A stretch of DNA of 63,981 nt, counting the filler, from an uncultured bacterium (GTDB lineage: Bacteria > CAYJOG01), in the NCBI GenBank assembly GCA_964371695.1. It is 7 parts of 7 records of this genome, joined end to end, with 100 filler letters (N's around TTAATTAATTAA, not from the genome) between each part and the next. Parts side by side here need not be neighbours in the genome. Positions count along the whole stretch, not along the records: positions 36,953 to 45,949 come from CAYJOG010000082.1; positions 46,050 to 54,988 come from CAYJOG010000083.1; 5 more parts are not named here. The stretch is one strand, 5' to 3'. This document shows, in pieces, positions 39,396 through 48,777 of this stretch (positions within the stretch are counted from its first letter, which is position 1; each line of letters starts with the position of its first letter). A program made the translations under genes and the position numbers. The notes under the pieces were generated by a model, which saw only the letters and a list, made by a program, of their open reading frames with translations, had not been told where the DNA came from and searched no databases.

Positions 39396-39637
39396 AGAGC
39401 CTGTTTTAAAATTGCGCCATGTGAAACATGGTGTGATTTGAACAGGCTCTTGCGGTCATGAGTTTGCGAGGAGTCTTTCCAGATGCCCATTGGGGCATCT
39501 GGCCGAGCAAAGGCGATAGCGACCGTACCCGAAAGCCGAAACTTTAAAAAAGTTGAGGTTTTCGCCACGCCGAGGGGGCTTTGCCCCTGAAGGCGTTGGG
39601 TTTGAAAAGTCCACGATGGACTTTTCAAACAGGTTCT
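39396..39637. mobile_element. Composite MITE-like element: 55-bp cassette plus hairpin carrying the 60-nt module
   Basis: AGAGCCTGTTT left end, AAACAGGTTCT right end, internal AACAGGCTCT. Confidence 0.7.
39461..39520. repeat. 60-nt module B, copy 1
   Basis: AGTTTGCGAGGAGTCTTTCCAGATGCCCATTGGGGCATCTGGCCGAGCAAAGGCGATAGC, identical at 52139-52198 and 60551-60610. Confidence 0.95.
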
Positions 39638-39665
39638 AAGAGGCCGAGAGAAAAAGTTGAGGCGG

Positions 39666-40985
39666 TTAAACCTTGTCCAGATGACCCGCCGCAATCAGTT
39701 CGCGCACCTCGCCAAACTCGCTGTCGTCCATGGCCGAAAAATTGACCATGAACTTGGTGGCGTCGTCCAGTTCATGCACGTAACTTTCAAAGGTGTCGTA
39801 ATTGCCCAGCACTTTGTCTTTCACCACGTGGAACATGTCCGTGCCCGGATAAGCCGTGGCCATGAACATGTTCCGGTTGCCCAGGTCGTGCTCCATGATG
39901 AACTGCGCCGTGTTGCGCAACTGCTCGCGGGTCTCACCGGGATAACCGGCGATCCAGGTGCAGTTGGGGTGAATGCCGGCGGCCTTGGTATCGCGGATGG
40001 CCCGGTGCATCTGGTCGGGCGTGATTTTTTTCCGCATGGCCAGGAGCGTGCCGGGGTCGGCGCTTTCTGCGCCATAACCGATGTAAACGCAGCCTGCGTC
40101 GGACATGAGTTCCAGGGTTTCGGGGTCGGCTTCGTCCAGCCTGCCGTGGCAGCCCCACTTGATGTTCATGGCCTTGAAAATGGGGTGCAATGCCTTGATG
40201 CGTTTTTTGCTCACCATGAAGTTGTCATCCACAAACCCCATGAAATCGATGTCATATTTTTCGATGAGCAGGCGCACTTCTTCGGCCACGTTTTCGGCGC
40301 TGCGAAAGCGGTAGTTGCGCCCGCCCGTCATGTTGCGGTCGCAAAAGGTGCAGGCAAAAGGGCAGCCCCGGCTGGAGACGGTGTTGGCCGAGCGGTGCAT
40401 TTCAAAAGGCGTGACGGAGCTGTTCTGGGCCGCCTTGCCCCACACCGGGCTGGCAAGGTAGGTTTCCATGTCCACCAAGTGCCACGCCGGAAAGGGCAGG
40501 TCGTCCAGCCCCCGTACAATGGTGCCCCCATAAGACTTGCGGGGCCGCTGGCCCCCCAGGCCCAGTCGGGCGTCTTCCACGATGTTGAAAATCTCGTCGT
40601 CGCCTTCGCCGGTGCAAACGGCGTCAATCTCCGGCGCCCAGTCCATGAGCATGTCTTTCAGGTCGGTGGCCAGGCCGCCGCCAGAGACAAGGTAGGTGTC
40701 CGGCATGTGTTTTCGAAACATTTTGGCCAGAGGTTTTTGCCATTTGTAAGTGGTGATGAGGCCGCTGAAGGCGACGACATCCCACTGGCCCAGGCTCGCC
40801 ACCACTTCGTCGAGTTGCTCCAGTGTGAGTTGGGGGCGGTGGAGGTTAAGGTCCAGTATCTGTGTTTCGATGCCCTTGGTTTCCAGGTTGGCGGCCATCA
40901 GGGCGGGGCCAAGGGGCAGGTTGTTGGGGGGGGCCGTGGCCCGGATGGGCATATTGACAAAAAGGACTCTGACATCTTTTTTCAC
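39666..40985 (-). CDS. Cobalamin-binding radical SAM protein (class B methyltransferase-like)
   Basis: N-terminal B12 domain (PLG, D.V..GEG); SRGCPFACTFC; FVDDNF; GAES; GYPGET; YPGT. Confidence 0.92.
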   Translation of the reverse strand: MKKDVRVLFVNMPIRATAPPNNLPLGPALMAANLETKGIETQILDLNLHRPQLTLEQLDEVVASLGQWDVVAFSGLITTYKWQKPLAKMFRKHMPDTYLVSGGGLATDLKDMLMDWAPEIDAVCTGEGDDEIFNIVEDARLGLGGQRPRKSYGGTIVRGLDDLPFPAWHLVDMETYLASPVWGKAAQNSSVTPFEMHRSANTVSSRGCPFACTFCDRNMTGGRNYRFRSAENVAEEVRLLIEKYDIDFMGFVDDNFMVSKKRIKALHPIFKAMNIKWGCHGRLDEADPETLELMSDAGCVYIGYGAESADPGTLLAMRKKITPDQMHRAIRDTKAAGIHPNCTWIAGYPGETREQLRNTAQFIMEHDLGNRNMFMATAYPGTDMFHVVKDKVLGNYDTFESYVHELDDATKFMVNFSAMDDSEFGEVRELIAAGHLDKV

Positions 40986-41231
40986 GACGGTCTCCTGAAG
41001 GGCTGAATTGGGGCAAACATTAGGGGTTTAGACGGTTTTTTGAGGCTCCGTGAGGATTTTGTGGGTTAAACACGCTCTCCTGCTCCGGTTTTTCATCAAA
41101 AACCCCGTCATTTTTTGCCTTTGGAGCTTTTTATCGGGTGAACAGGTTCCACCTTTAATAATGGCCAAATCCATTCTGTGCATCTGACCTTGCACGGGAT
41201 TCCTGAAACCGCTAGAGTCCATCTCCAAATT

Positions 41232-41318
41232 CGCACGGTGCCGGACGTGAGGGCGGTGCCCCCGACAGGGGGTTCCCAAGCGGTTGAAGGCCCCGGAAGC
41301 AAAAAAACCAAGGAGGTG
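41232..41318 (+). promoter_or_regulatory. rpsB 5' leader (probable S2 autoregulatory structure) and AGGAGG SD
   Basis: Long GC-rich structured UTR directly before rpsB; S2 leaders are known at this position. Confidence 0.5.
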
Positions 41319-41326
41319 CCCCCGAT

Positions 41327-42157
41327 ATGGGCGCAATCAGCATGAAACAGCTACTGGAGGCTGGCGTCCACTTCGGCCATCAGGCCAAGAAGTGGGATCC
41401 GAGGATGAAACCGTTCATCTTCCAGGCGCGCAACGGCATTCACATCATCGACCTGCAGCAGACCGTGGTGCGGGCGCAGCAGGTTTACGACATGGTCAAA
41501 GAAGAAGCCGCCAAGGGCAAGACGGTGATGTTCGTGGGCACCAAAAAGCAGGCCGTGGATTCCATCCGCGACGAAGCCGAGCGGTGCGCCATGCCCTATG
41601 TCACCCAGCGCTGGCTGGGGGGCTTTCTCACCAACTTCAAGCAGTTGCACACCCGCATCGAAAAACTGCGCCAGATGCACGAGGCCATCGAAAGCAACAA
41701 CTACGGCAGCCTCACCAAAAAAGAAATCAAGCTGTACCGGGATCGCTACAACCGGCTCAAAAAGTTTTTCTGGGGCGTGCGCAACCTGGATGACGCGCCG
41801 GATTATGTGTTCATCCTCGACCTCAAAAAAGAAGCCACCGCGCTGAACGAAGCACGCAAGGTGGGCATTCCCGTTATCGCCCTGGTGGACACCAACTGCA
41901 ACCCCAACGAGGTGGATTACCCCATCCCCGCCAACGACGACGCCATCCGCAGCATTGACCTGTTTTGCAAAATGATGGCCAACGCCGTGATTGAAGGGCG
42001 CGACCGCATTGCGCCGCAGTCTGGCGACGAACTCAAAGACCCCATCATGAGCGAAGAAAAAGCCGCCCCAGCCGCAGCGCCTGTTGCGGCGCCCGCGCTG
42101 GATTTTGACGCCGCCAAACCTGTTGTGGCGGGTGAAGACGAAGAGGAGAACATCTGA
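41327..42157 (+). CDS. rpsB: 30S ribosomal protein S2
   Basis: [39 protein letters not shown]. Confidence 0.99.
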   Translation: MGAISMKQLLEAGVHFGHQAKKWDPRMKPFIFQARNGIHIIDLQQTVVRAQQVYDMVKEEAAKGKTVMFVGTKKQAVDSIRDEAERCAMPYVTQRWLGGFLTNFKQLHTRIEKLRQMHEAIESNNYGSLTKKEIKLYRDRYNRLKKFFWGVRNLDDAPDYVFILDLKKEATALNEARKVGIPVIALVDTNCNPNEVDYPIPANDDAIRSIDLFCKMMANAVIEGRDRIAPQSGDELKDPIMSEEKAAPAAAPVAAPALDFDAAKPVVAGEDEEENI

Positions 42158-42158
42158 C

Positions 42159-42941
42159 ATGAGTGACGTGAATGCAAAAGTGGTGATGGACCTGCGCCAG
42201 CGCACCGGCAGCGGCCTGATGGACTGCAAAAAAGCCCTGGCCGAAACCGGCGGCGACATGGAAAAGGCCATCGAATACCTGCGCAAGAAAGGCATCGCCT
42301 CGGCGTCCAAAAAGGCCGAGCGTGAGGCGCGCCAGGGGGGTGTGTTCGCCCGCACCGAAGGCGGCAAGGGCGTGTTGATGGAACTGAACTGCGAGACTGA
42401 TTTTGTGGCCCGCAACGAAAACTTTCAGCAACTGGCGGCAGACCTGCTGGACATTCTCATTAAAGGGCAGGATGTGCCCGAAGAAACGCTGANNNNNNNN
42501 NNGAAGGAAGCCATCGCCCGGCTGGGTGAAAACATCGTGCTGCGCAATGTGGTGCGGTTTGACGGCAATGAGGTGTTTGCCTACATCCACGCCGGGGGCC
42601 GCGTGGGGGCCATGGTGCTGGGCACCGGTCTGGGCGAAGCCGCAGGCAAGGACCTGGCCATGCAGGCCACAGCCCAAAGCCCCACCTATCTGAAACCCGA
42701 AGAAGTGCCCGCCGAAGTGATTGAAAAAGAAAAAGAAATCTACGCAGAGCTTTGCAAAAAAGAAGGCAAACCCGAAGTGGCTTGGCCGAAGATCATCGAA
42801 GGCCGCCTTCAGAAGTGGTTTTCGGACACATGTCTGCTTGAGCAGGAACACTGGAAAGAAGCCAAACAGAAGGTGAAGGACACCCTGCCCAAGGGCGCGA
42901 CGGTGGACAAATTCGTGCGCGTTGAGCTGGGTCAGGGCTGA
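42159..42941 (+). CDS. tsf: Elongation factor Ts (10-N gap at 42493-42502)
   Basis: [31 protein letters not shown]. Confidence 0.97.
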   Translation: MSDVNAKVVMDLRQRTGSGLMDCKKALAETGGDMEKAIEYLRKKGIASASKKAEREARQGGVFARTEGGKGVLMELNCETDFVARNENFQQLAADLLDILIKGQDVPEETLXXXXKEAIARLGENIVLRNVVRFDGNEVFAYIHAGGRVGAMVLGTGLGEAAGKDLAMQATAQSPTYLKPEEVPAEVIEKEKEIYAELCKKEGKPEVAWPKIIEGRLQKWFSDTCLLEQEHWKEAKQKVKDTLPKGATVDKFVRVELGQG

Positions 42942-42963
42942 GGCGGTAAAGCGCCCCATCATT

Positions 42964-43137
42964 CCCCTCTCCCCTTTATGGGGAGAGGGTGCCCCGTAGG
43001 GGCGGGTGAGGGGTTTATTCAAAAGCAAAAAACCAAATTCTTTTTTGGTTTTTTTGCCTGTGGTTGACCCCGTCACCGGTTTGTATTGGCCCCATTGGCC
43101 AATTCAATCCACCCTCTTCCCATAAAGGGGAGAGGGT
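42964..43137. repeat. Family D palindrome pair between convergent genes
   Basis: CCCCTCTCCCCTTTATGGGGAGAGGG ... CCCTCTTCCCATAAAGGGGAGAGGG. Confidence 0.8.
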
Positions 43138-43157
43138 AATAAGGCGCTTTTTCACCG

Positions 43158-44240
43158 TTACGGCCGGATGGCCTTGAACACCCGCAGAAAGTTGCCCCCC
43201 AGGGCTTTCTGGATGGCTTTTTCTTTCCAGCCCCGGTTCAGCATGGCCTGCACCAGACGGGGCAGCTCCATGCAACTGGGCATGTCGTGGGGGGTGATCA
43301 CCAGGCCGTCCCAGTCGCTGCCCAGGGCCACAAAATCTTCGCCCGCCACGTTCACCACATGCTCCATGTGGTCCACAATGCGCTCCAGGCTATAACGGAA
43401 CTTCTCCGGCCCCAGAAAATCGCCTTGATACATGATGCCGATGACGCCGCCGGTTTTGGCCACGGCGCGCACCTGATCATCGTCCAGATTGCGCCAGTGC
43501 TCCCACACGCCTTTCACGCCGGTGTGGGTGACGGCCACGGGTTGTTTTGTGTCATGCACGTCCAGGGCGTCCCAGAACCCCTGGGGGCTGATGTGGGCCA
43601 GATCCACCAATATCTTTTGCTGATTCAGCCGCCGCACCAGTTCCCGGCCGGTGTCAGTCAGGCTCTGATTGCCGCCGCTGGTGCTCAGCGGGCTGCTGGT
43701 GACACCGATTCTGGAGTTGCTCAGGTGCACCAGGGTGAGGCACACGATTTCGTCGTTCACGTGTTCCAGGGCGTCCAGGTTTTCCTGAAAGGCCTGCCCC
43801 CCCTGCACCACGATCATGGCGGCGTGTTTGCCTTCTTTGCGGGCCTGGGTGTATTCGTGGTGGTTTCGCACCACGGCCACGTCGTGGGGCAGGCGGGCAA
43901 ACTGGTCTTTGATGTTCTTCAGGTTTTCAAAAAAGGTTTTTTCCAGGTCCTGCCCCCGGCGCAGGGGGTTGGTGGTGATGCTCCACATGGCCCCACCCAC
44001 GCCCGCCCGCCTCAGGCGGGGGATGTCGCAGTGGCCAAACCCCACGCCAAAAAACGGGGCCGTGCCGTGGGGTTGGGTGAAGTCGTAACCCCACATGCGG
44101 TGGCACAAAAAGGTGTCGATGTGCAGGTCAATGACCTCGCTTTTGGCATAAAGCGCCACGGCCTGCTCGCTGATGCCCAGTTCCCTGGCCCAGGTGGCGG
44201 TGTCGTTGAGGTGGAATTGGGGCGCGGCAGTGGTGGTCAT
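43158..44240 (-). CDS. Membrane dipeptidase (M19)-family amidohydrolase
   Basis: DLHID, VDLAH, THTG, RNLDD, GGVIG, LGSDWDG, LGGNFLRV. Confidence 0.9.
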   Translation of the reverse strand: MTTTAAPQFHLNDTATWARELGISEQAVALYAKSEVIDLHIDTFLCHRMWGYDFTQPHGTAPFFGVGFGHCDIPRLRRAGVGGAMWSITTNPLRRGQDLEKTFFENLKNIKDQFARLPHDVAVVRNHHEYTQARKEGKHAAMIVVQGGQAFQENLDALEHVNDEIVCLTLVHLSNSRIGVTSSPLSTSGGNQSLTDTGRELVRRLNQQKILVDLAHISPQGFWDALDVHDTKQPVAVTHTGVKGVWEHWRNLDDDQVRAVAKTGGVIGIMYQGDFLGPEKFRYSLERIVDHMEHVVNVAGEDFVALGSDWDGLVITPHDMPSCMELPRLVQAMLNRGWKEKAIQKALGGNFLRVFKAIRP

Positions 44241-44381
44241 GGCCGGTGCATGGTAGCAGAGGGTGTTGGCGGGCCGACAATTGATGTCGCAAACGCAAGA
44301 ATGGGCCACTTTATTGTGACGCCAATCACATTTTAGATTTGCTTGAAATAAAGGTGGCGTTTAATATGACTGCGCATTTTC

Positions 44382-45949
44382 ATGACTTCTCATTCTCCCC
44401 TTGGCAAGGAGCAGAACCCGTGGCCCCAGGAATTGGGGGCGGTCTGGGCTGCCCAAGAGCCATTTCAGAACCTGCTGGAGAGCCTCTCTGAAGGCGTGCT
44501 GCTGTTCACGCCCCAGGGGCAGGTGGCCTGGGCCAATCCGGCGGCGGTGGAACTGTTCCGTTACACCCCTGGGGAAATCACCACTCTGAATTGGTCAAAA
44601 CTGTTTCCTGGCCTGAAAAATGCACCAGTGCCCACCGAGCCGGTGCGGCGCGAAGCCATGATTCTGGATAAATTCAACACACTTTTGCCCGTTCAACTTC
44701 GTCTTTTGCCCCAACGTGGTGAAAAGACGGGATGGTTCGCCGCACTTTTTTCCACGGACCCCAGCCGTCAGGGGGGGAATCCCCTGGAAGGGGCAGACGA
44801 AAAACTGGTGAGCGCCGTGCTGGACACCAGCGGCGCGCTGGTGGTGGTGCTGGACGACCAGGGCCGTGTGGTGTATCTGAATCTGGCCTGTCAGGAACTG
44901 ACGGGTTTTGCGCCAGAAGAAGTCCGCAACCGGCACATTCTGGAAGTATTGCAGGACCCCACCGATGTGGACGCCCTGCGCGAGAGCCTGTGGAAGCTCA
45001 AAAAAGGCGAGCACCTGTTCCGGTTCGAGAGCACCTGGATCACCAAACGGGCCGAGGCCCGCCGCATCACCTGGACAAACGCACGCCTCAGCGACAGCCA
45101 GGGCAGTTTCAACTACATCATCTGCACCGGCGTGGACATCACCGAGCGCAAACGGGCCGAAGATGCCCTGCGCTTCACCCAGTTTGCCGTGGACCGGGCC
45201 GAAGAGGCGATTTTCTGGGTGGATGAAGAAGGCCGGTTCCGCTATGTGAACGAGGCCGCCTGCCGTTACCTTCAGTTTTCCAAGGCCGACCTGGAAGGCC
45301 GCCGCTTGCAGGAAGTGGCCACCCACATTCCTTTGGGCCGCTGGAACAGCCTGTGGCGCGTGGTGCAGGAAAAGGGCGCGTTCACCTTTGAGGGCGTCCT
45401 GCGCGACAGCAACGGCCGGGAGTTTCCGGTGGAGATTCTGGCCAACTTTCTGTCGGCAGGGGATCAGGAATATGTGTGCGCCTTTGCCCGCGACCTCACC
45501 GACCGCAAACGGAGCGAGGCCGCCCTGCGCGAGAGCGAAGAGAAATACCGCAAACTGGCCGAGGCCGCCGGCGACGCCATGATGGTGATGGACGCCGAAA
45601 CCGCCGTGATTGTGGACGCCAACCACCGCGCCGAAGTGCTCTTTGGCCTCAGCCGGGTTGATCTGGTGGGGCGTATGTGTCAGGAACTGCACCCCCCCGA
45701 GGCCGTGGACGCCTGCCGCCTGTTTCTGGAAAGCTGTAAAAATGGCGAGGCCCCCGGCCAGGTGATGCAGATGGAAGTGCTGCACCAGAACGGCAAGGTG
45801 GTGCCGGTGGAAGTGAGCGCCAGTGTGGTGGACGTGGGGGGGCGGCGGCTGGTGCAGAGCATTCTCAGGGACATCACCCAGCGCATAGAGGCCGACCGGG
45901 AACTGCGCATGACCCGCGAGCGCTACATGCTCAGCACCCAGGCCACCTT
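44382..45949 (+). CDS. Multi-PAS signal transduction protein (3'-truncated)
   Basis: At least four PAS/PAC units (DITERKRAE, DLTDRKRSE, DITQR). Confidence 0.92.
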
Positions 45950-46134
45950 NNNNNNNNNNNNNNNNNNNNNNNNNNNNNNNNNNNNNNNNNNNNTTAATTA
46001 ATTAANNNNNNNNNNNNNNNNNNNNNNNNNNNNNNNNNNNNNNNNNNNNTTTTTTTCCCCGTGCCGGTCTTGAACTGTCCGGGTGGTACGGGGCGTTTTT
46101 TCAGGCGCAAAGCGCCGACGTGGGGCCAATGGCG

Positions 46135-46260
46135 GTTAACCAGTGGGTCGTGGTTAACAGACTCCGTTAACCAGTGGGTCACCCTTCTCAGCCGTTTTTG
46201 AGAGGCTGAGAGCAAAAGGGCGCTTCCTGGGGAGGAAGTCTGCTCTCCGTGGTTAACTGG
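46135..46260. repeat. GTTAAC-centred short repeats next to the tRNA 3' end
   Basis: GTTAACCAGTGGGTC at 46135-46149 and 46166-46180; CGTGGTTAAC at 46149-46158 and 46248-46257. Confidence 0.75.
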
Positions 46261-46360
46261 CAGCCGCCGGGACACTCCAAAAACATGCCCCAAACCTGGG
46301 CCTTAAGGCGGGTTTTTCGGGAGGGCAAAAACACTCCCGAAAAAGGGTTCGTTTGTTCTT

Positions 46361-46436
46361 TGGCTCCCCGGACTGGACTCGAACCAGTGACCTATTGGTT
46401 AACAGCCAACCGCTCTACCAACTGAGCTACCGAGGA
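46361..46436 (-). tRNA. tRNA-Asn(GTT)
   Basis: TCCTCGGTAGCTCAGTTGGTAGAGCGGTTGGCTGTTAACCAATAGGTCACTGGTTCGAGTCCAGTCCGGGGAGCCA: 76-nt cloverleaf with encoded CCA. Confidence 0.98.
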
Positions 46437-46490
46437 ATGACTTCTTCTTGCGCCTCTCATTTTGTTGATTCAGCGCGGACAGTCAACCTT

Positions 46491-47675
46491 TCAGGTCACC
46501 GGCGAAGCCAGGGCCTTGCGCAGGCGCTTGAGGCCTTTTTTGAGTTCGTCTTCGGTGAGGATCAACGCGGGCAGCAGGCGCAGCACCTTTTCGCCGCACA
46601 GGTTCAGCAGCAGGCCCTCGCGCAGGCACGCCTGCCACACGGGCTTCGCCGACTCCTTGAACTGCACACCCCACATGAACCCCCGGCCCCGCACCTCTTC
46701 AATGCCCTCAAACTCGTTTTGAAGTTCCCGCAGGCCCTGCTCGAACATCGGCGCCAGCGCCCGCACGTTGGGAATCGCCTCGCGCACCAGCAGCCTGACC
46801 ACCGTGCGCGACACCCCCGTGACAAACACGTTGCCGCCATAGGTGGTGCCGTGATCACCCGGTTTGAGCACATCAATCAGTTTTTCATTCACCAGCCAGG
46901 CCCCCAGGGGCAGGCCGCCGCCAATGCCCTTGGCCAGCAGCACCATGTCGGGTTTCAGCGGCGTGCCCTCGCAGGCCAGAAACGCCCCTGCCCTGCCCGC
47001 GCCGCTCTGGATTTCATCCGCCACCAAAAGCGTGCCGGTTTCTTCGCACCGCCGGGCCAGGGCTTCCATGAATGGCTGGCTCAGGGGAATGATGCCGCTC
47101 TCGCCCAGAATTGGCTCCACAAACACGGCGGCGAAGGTGTCGTCCAGGGTTTTGTTCAGCGCGTCCACGTCGTTCACCGGCACGTGATAAACCTCTGGCA
47201 ACAGGGGCAGAAACGGCTCTTGATAAGCGGGCACGCCGGTGAGGGTGACCGCCCCGGTGGTGCGGCCATGAAACGACGGCGTGAGCGCCAGCAGCTTCAC
47301 CCGCTTTTGGGGTTGCTGATTGCCCCAGGCCCGCGCCACCTTGATGGCCGCCTCGACACATTCCGCCCCGCTGCTCTGAAAAAACACCCGCGCCATGCCG
47401 GTGTGGCGCAGCAGATCCTGGGCCAGCCGCACGGGGTTTTCGTGCAACAGCACACCGCTGATGTGCCAAGGCTCCTTGAGCATTTTGCGGGCGGCGTTCA
47501 TCACCTGGGGGTGGCGATAACCCAGGGCGTTCACGGCAAAGCCCCCCTGAAAATCCAGATACCGCTTGCCGTCGGTGGCGGTGAGCCACACCCCCTTGGC
47601 CCGTTTGACCTGGATGGGATAGCGCTTGTAGATGGGCAGGATGACCTGTGGATCGAGCTTTTGGATGTTGGACAT
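46491..47675 (-). CDS. argD: Acetylornithine aminotransferase
   Basis: SGAE.VEAAIK, SFHGRT, EPILGESG, DEIQSG.GR, AKGIGGG, HGTTYGGN. Confidence 0.94.
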   Translation of the reverse strand: MSNIQKLDPQVILPIYKRYPIQVKRAKGVWLTATDGKRYLDFQGGFAVNALGYRHPQVMNAARKMLKEPWHISGVLLHENPVRLAQDLLRHTGMARVFFQSSGAECVEAAIKVARAWGNQQPQKRVKLLALTPSFHGRTTGAVTLTGVPAYQEPFLPLLPEVYHVPVNDVDALNKTLDDTFAAVFVEPILGESGIIPLSQPFMEALARRCEETGTLLVADEIQSGAGRAGAFLACEGTPLKPDMVLLAKGIGGGLPLGAWLVNEKLIDVLKPGDHGTTYGGNVFVTGVSRTVVRLLVREAIPNVRALAPMFEQGLRELQNEFEGIEEVRGRGFMWGVQFKESAKPVWQACLREGLLLNLCGEKVLRLLPALILTEDELKKGLKRLRKALASPVT

Positions 47676-47699
47676 GGGATTCCCTTTCGTGGGGTGATG

Positions 47700-48521
47700 T
47701 CAGGGCAGCAGCGTGGCGCCTGAGCCGGGGTGGTTGAGCAGACGGCCAAGCCCGCCGGGGGCCTGACCGCCGCCGATACGCACGCGGCAACCGGCACGGG
47801 CCGCCACCACCGCGCCCTCCAGTTTGGGGGCCATGCCGCCGTCAAAAAATGCTTCGTCCAGCCACTTCTGCACCTGAGTTATCGAGAGGGTTTTCAGCAC
47901 GCCGGTTTTGGCGGAGAGGTCTTCGTAGATTTCTTCCACGTCGGTGAGGCACACCAGCAGGTCGGCCCCCAGGGCCGCCGCCAACCAGCCTGCGGCGATG
48001 TCGGCGTTCACGTTCATGGCTTCGTGGCGAGGCCCCGCGCTCACGGGGCTGATGACCGGCAGAAAACCGGCCTGCCATAGGGCCTGAATGAGTTTTGGGT
48101 TTACCTGATGCACCAGGCCCGTGAGGCCGCTGTGGGCGTCTTTGGGCGCAGCGCAGAACAGGTCCGCGTCCTGACCGCTCACACCCACCGCCGCCACGCC
48201 CAGGGCGCACAGGTCCGCCACCAGGGCCTTGTTGGCCTCTGCCGAGAGCACCCACTGCACCACCGTCATGTTTTCGGGCGTAGTCACGCGGTGACCCTGC
48301 AAAAACTCAGACTGCTGTCCCAGTTGTTCCATGACAGCATTGATGCGCTTGCCACCGCCATGCACCAGCGCCACGCTGGCCCCGGCGCGGCAGAGCGCCG
48401 CCAGTTCCTGCAAAAAAGCTGCCGTGGCCGCTTTGTTCTCCGCCATGCTGCCGCCAAACTTCACCACCAGCCGCTGGCCGGTGAAGCCTGAAAAAGAAAG
48501 TGGCGGGTTTTTTTGTGACAT
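47700..48521 (-). CDS. argB: Acetylglutamate kinase
   Basis: VVKFGGS, LVHGGG, RVT, NVNAD, LTDV, GGMAPK; frame stays open upstream to ATG 48704. Confidence 0.94.
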   Translation of the reverse strand: MSQKNPPLSFSGFTGQRLVVKFGGSMAENKAATAAFLQELAALCRAGASVALVHGGGKRINAVMEQLGQQSEFLQGHRVTTPENMTVVQWVLSAEANKALVADLCALGVAAVGVSGQDADLFCAAPKDAHSGLTGLVHQVNPKLIQALWQAGFLPVISPVSAGPRHEAMNVNADIAAGWLAAALGADLLVCLTDVEEIYEDLSAKTGVLKTLSITQVQKWLDEAFFDGGMAPKLEGAVVAARAGCRVRIGGGQAPGGLGRLLNHPGSGATLLP

Positions 48522-48566
48522 AAACGGGTGATCTGGCCTTTCAAAAATTTTGGGTCTTATTGAAGC

Positions 48567-48772
48567 GTAGCGGTGACACCCCCGTCGCCATTGGATTGAA
48601 GGAAATTCAAGTGTTTTTGACCCTTCTGGAGTAGGCGCGGTGTCCTCACCGCGCTTTAAATTAACGGCGATGAGGACATCGCCGCTACTCCTGTATGCAA
48701 ACATTGTAAATATGCTCTAATTGAACCCCTCACCCGGCCCTTCGGGCCACCCGCTCCCCTTGATGGGGATAG
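48567..48772. repeat. REP cluster (three GTAG REPs plus a family D hairpin) between argJ and argB
   Basis: GTAG REPs at 48567-48589, 48631-48654 and 48666-48688 (inverted); CCCCTCACCCGGCC at ~48726. Confidence 0.8.
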
Positions 48773-48777
48773 GGCAA

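Noticed and set aside
42493-42502. Short EF-Ts and odd manA 3' end as real deletions or frameshifts
   Set aside because: Both contain 10-N scaffold gaps of unknown true length (also 57504-57513).
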